From contig JYFJ02000293.1 of the NCBI GenBank assembly GCA_000934665.2, forward strand, positions 62,001 through 126,000: a stretch of DNA of 64,000 bases. The letters run 5' to 3'. The notes under the pieces were generated by a model. It worked only from the letters and a program-made list of their open reading frames with translations. It was not told where the DNA came from and did no database searches. The position numbers and the translations under genes were made by a program. Positions 1-9,708 of this stretch are shown here, in pieces; position 1 is the first letter of the stretch; every line of letters begins with the position of its first letter. This DNA comes from Catajapyx aquilonaris (Eukaryota).

Positions 1-2013
1 GTGGAGCGGACGGCCTTGCGGCAGAACCTCAAGTTCGACTTCAGGTCGGCCTGTCGAGCGCTGGAGAACCAGCAGCGCGTTCACGAGCGGATGCAAGGCC
101 ACAAGAACACGGTGGACCTGAAGGTGTTCCAGGCCAGGAAGCGGGCCAAGAACGAGGACGACAAGGTCACCAAGATGTACGAGGAGTGGCTCCAGAAGCA
201 GCGGATCCTGGAGGAGGAAGAGCAGAAGCTCCAGACCGTCCTGCAGAAGCTCCGCGTCAAGGAGGCCCTCCGCGAGGAGTACCGCGAGCTCTTCAAGAAC
301 GCGTACCAGGAGCGGTACGAGCTGCGGATCCAGCTGATGCGCAACCTGGAGGACCACTCCTGCACCGGGAAGGGCACCACCAGCCTCCACCAGCGGCTGG
401 AGGCTCTCCAGAACCAGTCGGCCAACCTGAACCAGGAGCTGCATTTCGACAAGAACCGATTGGCAGGGCGGTACTTGGACCTGGAGGTTCAGGAGAACCG
501 GCTTGCGACCAAGCGGAAGGAGCTGCAGGTGCTGCATGACGGGTTCCAGCAGCAGTGCGGCACGCTGGATAAGGTCGAGGTGGAGCTGAGCAACGCGGTG
601 CTGGAGGAACGCCGCGGATTGGTGCAGCTGGACATTCTGACAGGTACGTACTGGCGGCCACTGTGGATTCCGCTCTAACGATGCGTCTCGTAGGCAAGCG
701 GCATGAAGCGGAGGCCTACTACAAATCGAAGCAGGCTCAAGCCGGCCCGTTGCAGCACAAGCTCCACCGTATGGAGGAAACGGCGTCCGTCCTGAAGCGA
801 TCCATTAAGGACATATTCGAGAGCTGGCGCGGAAAGCGGAATGGGCTTCTCCAGAAGACCCGGGCGCTTCACTCGCTGTCGACCACCCGGCACTACAGGC
901 TGCAGGAGTCGGCCGCGCTGAGGCGGTACGTCCAGAAGGAGGAGACGAGGATGGAGGACCTGGCGAAGGAGGTGAAGAAGGAGGAGGACATCATCATGCG
1001 GATGGGAGAGCAGGTGTCGAAGCTGCACAGCGAGAAGAAGCTGCAGGCTGGCGTTAAGGTGGCGGCGAAATGGGGGAACGTGATACTGCAGGACGAGCAG
1101 GCTCATAAGGTACGTCGTCGTCGCTTCATGTCACGCAGGTACTAATCGCGGTTGTTCAGATACGGGAGCTTGAGAGCGCGACGTTGCGACTGGCGAGCGA
1201 CATCGAGGGGAACAAGGCGGGGCAGCAGCGGTTGGCCCTAGCCCTTCTGGACCGCCGGGACGAGCGGCTTTTCTGGGAGAAGCGGCTCCAGACGGCGCAG
1301 GAGGCCCGAGAGACCATCAAGACGGCGGAGGAGCCGGAGATGCACCACATGAAGCAGCAGATCCACCACATGGAGGTGCGGCTGAGGGAGCTGCTGCGGG
1401 TGCAGGAGAAGGTGCTGCAGGACATGGAGAAGGGCGTGGGTCAAAGGGCGCACATGTACACGAAGGCCGAGTGCAGGCTGAGGCGGTCCGAGACGGTCGC
1501 CAAGAGCAAGGAGGCCAAGCAGGAGAGGGCCATCCAGCTGCTGCAGTTCAAAGTCGAGAAGGCCAAGAAGGTAAGGCTCGCTTAACGAGAAGCTGCGGCA
1601 ATGTGACTGAAAGCGCGACGTTGCAGGAGTCGGCGTATTGGGAGCAAGCCGTTGATTCGATGCGAGTCAAATCCGTTAACCTGAAGACCAAAGTGGAGCT
1701 GGAGCAAGAGGGCGCTTGTCGAATGCACCACAACTTGGAGCGCTTGAAGGCGGACGTGCAGCACGCTTGGGTGCAGAAGATGCGGGGAGTCGAATCCATC
1801 GTGGCCCAGCAGAACAGGGTGAAGACGTACGAGGACATCAAGAAGGGGAAGGTGAAGGTGCCGTTAAGCAGGGAGCCCCAGGAGCTGGAGGATCTGATCC
1901 AGGAGCAGATGCGGTGCAGGGAGGCCATCGTGGAGATGCTGGTGCAGTGCATGCAGGACTGCAGGCCGCAGGGGCTGCTGCTCAAGAAGGCGTTGCACAT
2001 TATCGAGAAGTAA
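1..2013 (+). CDS. CCDC40: Coiled-coil domain-containing protein 40 (axonemal ruler), 5'-partial; exons 1-643, 694-1109, 1160-1570, 1627-2013
   Basis: Three short GT-AG introns (50, 50, 56 nt) join the ORF-track fragments in frame. The product is coiled-coil throughout. The segment RLFWEKRLQTAQEARE...EMHHMKQQIHHMEVRLRELLRVQEKVLQDMEKGVGQR matches the CCDC40 C-terminal motif LWEKKIQLAKE...EIHRMKVRL.QLLKQQEKMIR.ME.AV.RR. Confidence 0.85.
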
Positions 2014-2080
2014 ACGGTTTTTGTACGAGCGACCCAGTTTTATTTCTGGGATGTAACAATGCTGTTGCCTGTAAGGAACA

Positions 2081-3471
2081 TTAGCAATAAACACGTTTGT
2101 CATAATACGGATAGGCTTTGAACTTTCCGACCTTCTTGTCATGCTTGTCGTAATTGAATTTAAAAAAGCACCACTCGCAATATAGGAACGGATCGCATGG
2201 GACTCGGTCATTTCCACGGGTGATCCACTTTGCGATGTACTTGCGGCAGAGCATGCATTTTTTGGCTCTTGCTCGTACGTTGCGGACAATCAGTGGGTAT
2301 GCTTCTTTAGGCGAAACGGGCCCGACGGTGGGGTTATGCAGCCAGGCGTCGGTGAATATCACTGCATGTTCGCAGGTCTTTTGATGTATGTACAAGTACG
2401 GTCGGCCCAGACGCAAGTTGAGGCTACGTAACGATGTGTCAACCATTGAAGATCGCTCGTATCGTTCTGAAGGATACGAAGTCCATTTGCTGTAACGAGC
2501 ACGTACATCCTGCAAGTCCATCTCTGCGCAACGGTCATCCATGTACAGCACATCCTCGATACATATGCATCCTGAGCTGTCCTTCTCCTTAGCCGTCTTT
2601 GGCTTCATGCCTTTTGGGTTTTCAGACACGTCGTCAGTCACACCTAGGTCAACCTGGCATTTAATCAAGTCTCGCACGGACCACAAGTTTTGGCTTCCTA
2701 GCACCTGCAGCTTCACGCTCAATTTCGGCTCGGTTTCATCCCGCTTCGGATGGTACACGCAGATGGCGAACACAACTTCGGAGGGATCCACCGCAGTCTG
2801 TTTGGTTCGTCCGGACGGCCAGGATTCCTCGCATCCGTCAGCAGTGTGCAGGTACAGGTGTCCGTAGTAACGCCGCAATGTGTCGTCTTCCTTCAAAAGG
2901 TCCGCTTTCCGCAGCTGCAACGTACGGAGGCCTATACCTTCCGGTATGGCCTGAATCCTTTCCAGAATATCAGGCAGCCGCTTAATCTCCTGTACGGTGT
3001 ATGACGCCACATGTTTTTCAGGATCCGGATTAAGTAAAGCCAGATCCATGGTGTCGACCAGCTCCTGCGTTCTTGCCGAAGTTAGTTCCAACGCCCGGCT
3101 CATCCACACGCTGAATCGCTGCCTCTTATGGTTTCCGGTCCCCTCCAGCCGTCCTCTAGCATTGTCGAATTCCTTGAAATATCTGTCGAATTCCAGCTTG
3201 GTTGACGACACAATTTCATTTGGATTCGACTGGTCTTCAGCCTAGAAAAAAAATTCAATAATAAATTAATTATTACAAAATTATGTCAGTGCGCAACATT
3301 CCGGGATATGTTTACCTTATGGATACCCGTCTCCTCCTGTTCAGTCCCTTGCATTGTTGCCTGTTGTGCATAGAACACTCCAGAAGGCTTTGTAGAACAC
3401 AATTGGAACAAGTTCCATACGTTCTCGATGGAAAAACCACAAAAACGTTTGATGTTCGAAACCGGGTGCAT
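2081..3471 (-). CDS. SNAPC3: snRNA-activating protein complex subunit 3 (SNAP50); exons 3471-3316 and 3241-2081, about 438 aa
   Basis: Contains VLGSQNLWSVRDLIKC, LNLRLGRPYLYIHQKTCEH and the C-terminal CMLC...CDPFLYCEWCFFKFNY zinc motifs typical of SNAP50. A phase-0 intron (AAG|gtaaac...ttctag|GCT) links the upstream ATG exon. Confidence 0.92.
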
Positions 3472-3745
3472 TGGGATGGCTGACCCTTAAAACGGCTGCT
3501 GTCAACTCATTTTTACTAACTAAATGTACCACTTAGCATAAATGAACAGATATATTTTTAAAATCTGTATGAAACTGATAAAAATTATAATAGAAGTACT
3601 TGTAATGTACATAAATTGCATGCGAAGTACAAGGGCGCATTCGTACTCCCGCTCTTCACTTTAAATTGTATGGCGGGAAATGTTTATGCTTAATGAGCTA
3701 ATTACAAACTGTACTGTATGTACCTACCAGTATTGGAGAGACAGG

Positions 3746-4082
3746 CAGGGAGCATATACTACATAAGAGGCGCAAACATTCGATTTTTGCGTCTTTCTGT
3801 TTGGGGCGTTTCCAAGGCTGGCGGCCATCTTGAAGTGTGGGGAACGCCAACGAGGTAATAGGGTACAGGCAAAAATAGGGTCCACCATCTTTGATGATTG
3901 TGGCGGCCATGGCAACTACATGGCAAGAAAGGCAAGATGGCAGACCCTATTTTTGCCTGTACCCTATTTATACCTCGTTGGCGTTCCCCACACTTCAAGA
4001 TGGCCGCCAGCCTTGGCAACGCCCCAAACAGAGAGACGCAAAAATCGAATGTTTGCGCCTCTTATGTGGTTTATGCTCCCTG
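3746..4082. mobile_element. Long inverted repeat (foldback/MITE-like, ~337 bp, arms ~145 bp)
   Basis: The left arm CAGGGAGCATA...CCATCTT is nearly the perfect reverse complement of the right arm AAGATGG...TATGCTCCCTG. No clean target-site duplication is seen. Confidence 0.75.
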
Positions 4083-4189
4083 GCACAGGCGCTCACGTTG
4101 GACAACAGAGGGAATTATGTACGTCTTTTACATTGAAAGCGCTGAGATTGAGCGATAGAATGTTCCAAACTTTTTATTACAAATTTTAG

Positions 4190-6187
4190 TTACATGGTCC
4201 ATTTGACTAGGTAATAATTCTTCTTTCCGACCCTCAATAGGGAGAGTCTGTTTGGCAGGATGTGGATTCCGGGTACGATCACCTCCTCCGGGTTCGTCAC
4301 CTTGCTGTGGTTTATAGAGAAGCCGCCTCCAGATATTATGCGTACGGCATCATCTGTTCAGATGACAATAATGTAACTTGTAAAGAGCATCACAACTAAG
4401 TCGAGTGACATTAAGTTAATTGAATATTGTTATCTTTTACACTCACTATCGAATTTGAAGCAATTGGCCTTCATTGCAAGCTGCATTGCAGTAGTTCCGG
4501 GACTCAGCAGGACCTCGGATGTCTCGGCCGACTTGAAAATATGACCCATCTCGTCTCTGCTCAATGCTGCAAGACTCTCTAACGACGATTCGTAAAGGGC
4601 ACGGGTCGTCTTCACTGCTAGTTCGAGGCCGCGTTCTAGAAAATGGGATTGTAAAAGCTAATAATGTATTCTGGGTGTTTAATTACTTCAACTGCATGAT
4701 TATTAGGGTGAGTTAATTGAAATTGGTTACAAACAGCAGTGTAAAGAGCTTTGTTTGGAAATCAGATACAATACCTCCATGAATCAGGAGAGTCAATTTT
4801 TCAGCCAAATGTCGCTGGGCAAGCCGCTTTTCTGGTGCCGCCTGCCAAAAAAAATAGTTTTAGCATAATTACATCAACCAGCAGAAATAACCACCTTTTT
4901 TTTTTTTACAAAACAATTGTACCTTATGGGCATTCATGAGAGCTTCAATTTCCTTGAGCGGCGTAAAAGTGAAAAGCTTCAGAAGCATCTCGATTTTGTC
5001 GTCCTCGGTTCGGATGAAGAACTGGTACAAGTCGAACTCCGAGGTTTTCTCCGGGTCGAGCCACACTGCGTTGCCTGCAGTCTTTCCGTACTTGTCGCCA
5101 GTTTCCGATGCGATCAGCGGAAGTGTGATACCTAAGCAGAAAAAATACTGCATTTAATGTATTGGCAGCGTGACATCATGTACTTACCATAAACAGTTTC
5201 ATCGGTCAGTTTGCTGATGAGGTCACGACCAGACTGGATATTGCCCATTTGATCGCTTCCGCCGATCTGTAACAATTTATGAGTTAAACGTACGGATGAT
5301 AATAGCGCTTACAGTTCATTTACCTGGAACCTGCATCCATGTTTCTGGTACAAGTGCAGCCAATCATGCGACTGGAAAACCTGGTAGAGAAACTCATTCA
5401 GACTCATTCCAGCCGCGGTTGCTAATCTGTTCTCGACAATCTTTCGAGAGAGAAGCGGACCCAAACGAAATTGGCTGCCTGTTCCGGCAACAAAGTCGAC
5501 TGCGCTCAGCGTTGAAAACCAGCTAGCGTTGTTCAATATCCTGAAATTTATGGCGCATTCGTGAATTAATTTAAATGGAGCCAAACATTGCCATACTTGA
5601 CGGGAACGAGAGGCGAACTGTCGTCTTGTCCCCAGAAGCAATTTTGATGGTTTTGAAATATTCTACGTATTGTCTGCTCAATCCTCTTCGAATTCCGCTC
5701 GACGTCATCGGCCGATATGGACGACCTCTCTGAATTTTTCCCGCTTGGGTCTCCGATGCGGGCCGTAGCTCCACCTATCTAACAGCCATAATTTGATAAG
5801 TGGAAACAAATTAATCAATCTTTAATTTCCCTTACCAAAGCAATTGAATTGTGTCCAGCCCGTTGGCAGTGTATCAAAGCCACAAGCACCAGAAGATTTC
5901 CGACATGAAGACTCTCCGCAGTCGGATCAAACCCAGCGTAAAAGTGCTGCGCCTTCGAGTTCAAGACATCAAAAAAGTCAGGTCTGCGAATGTTTAAAAT
6001 ATTGCATTAAATGTCATTAAAAATTATTTTAATAAGCTTACGACATTCACCCCGGTTCTGGAAATATGTCGTTTATCAGCCCACGTTCGCTCAGCTTCAG
6101 TATGTTGCGATTCGTGTACCTCCGTACGCTCAGCGCTTGCTTTAAAAAATTCCTTTCAATTGCAATCAATCGCCTGCAGCAATACAT
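4190..6187 (-). CDS. YARS2: Tyrosine--tRNA ligase, mitochondrial; exons 6187-6051, 5983-5836, 5778-5597, 5540-5324, 5266-5188, 5131-4923, 4841-4775, 4635-4447, 4353-4190; about 463 aa
   Basis: The spliced product contains [15 protein letters not shown] (HIGH motif), [25 protein letters not shown] and [12 protein letters not shown] (KMSKS-equivalent), ending [14 protein letters not shown]. The N-terminus is a basic presequence. All introns are GT-AG and in phase. Confidence 0.95.
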
Positions 6188-6197
6188 CCTGCAATTA

Positions 6198-6200
<3 letters not shown>

Positions 6201-6262
<62 letters not shown>
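6201..6262. repeat. (AAT)n microsatellite, ~20 units, inside a probable 5'-UTR intron of YARS2
   Basis: Directly visible repeat. On the minus strand it is flanked by a gtaagc donor (~6273) and a ttgcag acceptor (~6189). Confidence 0.95.
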
Positions 6263-6263
<1 letters not shown>

Positions 6264-6646
6264 ACATGCTTACTCTGCAGCATTAGGCAGTAATTATTCT
6301 AAGGCTGTGAGTGCCACCTTCTCATTCGTACTGTACAAATTATAAATTTTAAACTAATTTTTTTAAGCAAAAATTCACACTGAGAAAAACCATGCCGACA
6401 TTTCCGGACCGATTGTAGCGTCGCGGCTGCTTTTGTCGGCTATCTCGAAAAATAACCATTTAAGTGATGTGAATAGCGGTTAATAATCGCTGCTTGCTAA
6501 CATCACCTGCTACTTTGACAGCTACTTGTATTCTTTTACACTCTGAAAATTTTAATGGGTTCAAATTTAATAAATATTACGGCATACATTTAGAGCTAAT
6601 TTTTTTTAAATATGTTTGTTGACATTTTACTTAAAAGCGGAACTGT

Positions 6647-6670
6647 TGGCAATCCTGATTCAAGATGGCG
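6647..6670 (+). promoter_or_regulatory. Putative core-promoter composite TGGCAAYCCTGAnnCAAGATGGC (includes YY1/Pho-type motif)
   Basis: The same composite with identical spacing recurs at 16747-16769. It lies just upstream of the YARS2 5' end. Confidence 0.45.
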
Positions 6671-6690
6671 CTTTCCTGTCAATTTTGGTT

Positions 6691-7045
6691 GTGTTCGATT
6701 CTGTTCGATTCAAATATTTTTTTTCTATTCTAATCTATGCTATTCTGTTCTAATCTATTGTATTCTAATCTATTCGATTCTGTTCTAATCTATTCGATTC
6801 TGTTCGGATCTATTCGATTCTGTTCTAATCGATTCGATTCTGTTCTAATCTATTATAATATATTCAATAATTGTAATATAGTGTATTCTAATCTATTCAA
6901 TTGTAATCTAGTGTATTCTAATCTATACCATTCTATTGTATTATAATCTAATCTATACCATTCTATTGTATTATAATCTAATCTATACCATTCTATTGTA
7001 TTCTAATCTATTCTATTATAATCGATTCTATTCAAATCTGTTCTA
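6691..7045. repeat. Degenerate 5/10-bp-periodic tandem repeat (TTCTA/ATCTA/TTCGA/TTCTG) with 30-bp higher-order units
   Basis: Repeated ttctaatctattcgattctg and atctataccattctattgtattataatcta units. Confidence 0.9.
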
Positions 7046-7247
7046 GACCATGGTTGAGTTGTAAGTATAATTAGATCCGTTTTAATTCCAGATAATTCTA
7101 CGTCACTTTGCCAGTATCTCTCTGTACCTCTTGGTAACATGGTTGAAACTTCTTTTTTTTTTTAACCGTTGCTTAAATTGAATCATAACATGATAAACTT
7201 TATTAGACTTGTAAAAACAGAAATATATATATTTTTAAAATATTGAA

Positions 7248-7645
7248 CTAATCCTGTGCGGTCATCATGTGTTGAAGGAGCATCTGGCGCTTTGGAAAAT
7301 TCTGCCCGCACTTCGCACATAGCCAGATGTCATGGAATTTCATGAGGTGGAAGAGGTAAGCGTGGTTGGAGGAGAAGGTGTGGATGACGGTGCACAGCGG
7401 GCAAGTGTGGATGGGTACAGTCGGATGCATGATGCCCGAGTGGACCTTAAAGCCTTGCCTTGTCTCAGATTCCTCCATGCATTCCTGGCACTGGTATGTT
7501 CTCGGCTTGTTGACACGCCACAGCTGAAACATTACCCCAATAGGTTTAATGAACTTACATTATTTTAATGGGTGAAGCTTGAATTTGAGTGACACTTTGC
7601 TTTTGCCAGCTTGTTTACCTCAATTGGAGTTTTTCCAGCCATCAT
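7248..7645 (-). CDS. Small C2H2 zinc-finger protein (3 fingers); terminal exon 7523-7248, possible ATG exon 7645-7619; 5' end uncertain
   Basis: Fingers CQEC...HSGIMH, CPLC...HLMKFH and CAKCGQNF...LLQHMMT (last finger incomplete). A tttcag acceptor precedes LWRVNK. Confidence 0.55.
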
Positions 7646-9708
7646 AAGTATTTTATTTTTATTTTTTTGTGGGGTACTGCTGATATTTGTCGGTCTCTCT
7701 TTTTACTTCGCAACTGTACTCCGGAAATAACCCTGGAAATTCAACAATTGCGTTTTAATTGGTGCATAGGTTAGACACAGGATATGACACTCCACATATG
7801 TTGTTTTAAAGAATGGAAAGTGTCCCACAGCAACAATTATGTTTAACCACAGACTGTTTATTCACCATAGTGACTACATAAGTCATTGTTTACGCAATTG
7901 ACAATGTTAACTCATTCCCTATTATGAGCTGAAATGCGCTACGATCAGCATCATATTTGAGTTGTAATTGCATTAGATATAGTTTTCCAATGACCGTCTA
8001 CACCTCTGACGGTCAATTTCAATTTACTATTAGTAAACTGACTTGACTTCATCATTATGAAATGCAATCTCCTGTAGAAAAATGTGTGAAGAAAAGGATC
8101 TCATAAGGGATAATTACAGTCTTCAAACCCACATGTCTGATCAGTCTGCAAATCGGGTCTTCACTTATTTTCATCTCTCATATGATCTTTTTTTTCCCCC
8201 AGCATTGAATCGAATTAAAAGCTAAAAATGCATAACAGCATCTACTCGGCATCTACCCTAATACGATACCTGGTGTAAAAGGTCGAGGATATAAAATCTT
8301 CGTCCGGTTGTACAGTAGAAATAGGACCGACTGATTATATGTACAGTGGTTTTATCAATCTAAATAGTAATGTTATGTATCTGAGCGACAGTTGACAACA
8401 AGCATTCAGTGTCGGCAACATATTCATTATCCCATCTCCTGCTATGGTTGCAGCAAAATGTTGAAGATTGTATGAAAGCACCTTGCCGACATGACTCTTG
8501 GTTTTCTGAAAGAACTCAACCTCCAACATAAAATCATCACGAAACATTTCCATGTAAAGTCGATGCAATTTCCATGCTTCGGCCAACCAGTTGTTTATTA
8601 AATAACTTGTAGTTTTGTTCCAGTTTTTCATTTGCTGATGATTCCTTTCCTGTATCACAGAAAATCATTACCGTTCCTTTCAATTGTTTAGCACTACCAG
8701 TTTTGCAAAAATAATTAAAAATGCAGTTTTTTTCCAGCAGAATGTGTAGTATTTATTATTCCATATTTAGATCCAACACTACATTCACATGTTATATGGA
8801 AGGGGGGAAAAAAACCTTTTAGGTCCCTTGGAGCCAGAAGTATATATATTATCATGTCTTACTTCGACATGCAATATCAGGAGCGACTCATAATTTTTTA
8901 AATAAGGTACATAGACAACTTTCTGATGCTCCTCCTGTATCGAGGGAATTCCCCCCTCCCAGTCAGGATGCTTGCTGTGTCATTGAAGGCCACTCCACTC
9001 ACAGCAGGAAAGGCATGTGCTGCTCATTCGCTGGGCAGCACTGCACACTTGCGGTTTAGACTGACAGCCAGGGTTTGCATTATTGAAATTATTTCACACG
9101 TAGGCAGCTGAACTTCCTGTAAGTACAACATACAATGTCTCTTTTGTACTGTACATGCCCAGATGTGTTGTATTTAATCAATTTTTTTTAAAAAAAACAA
9201 GGATTCCTTAGGAGGTGGGGAATATTAAATTGCACAGTAGCATTGGACCTTTTCATATTAAATCATAGAATATAATTAGGATGTAAGGCAATGAGTGAAT
9301 AAGCTGTACGTTGGAAATTTCCAAACACTGGCAGAGATTATTCCAGAAGAAACATGATCTGATCGAGAAACTTTTGCATCATGTGAATGGATTTTAAATT
9401 GTCTCCTGGTTAATGAATCATTCTTCACTTGTGACATGTTTCTTTCATCACATACCGACATGAGTATCACCTAGTTAACACAGGTTATCGGATGAGATAA
9501 TGATTACTCAAATCACTGAATAGACCAGTCCTAATCAGGATCAGATTAAAGGAGACCTTGAAAGCTTTCATTTTTCAGATGTAATTACAATTTTTGCTTT
9601 TATTTGATTAGGTGTGAGTATTCATTGTGATTTACTTACAGTGTGACTCATTTTAATGTTTCATTGCAGATTTGTTTTCTTTTTTTAAAATCTGTCTCGG
9701 CAGGAGCA

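Noticed and set aside
81..2289. Many antisense and alternative-frame ORFs over CCDC40
   Set aside because: These are shadow ORFs caused by GC-rich codon usage of the real gene.
3698..4189. Mirror-image ORFs on both strands
   Set aside because: An artefact of the long inverted repeat.
6047..6283. Poly-Tyr protein ORF
   Set aside because: The Tyr run is the intronic (TAT)n microsatellite. Only the part from MYCCRR onward is the YARS2 first coding exon.
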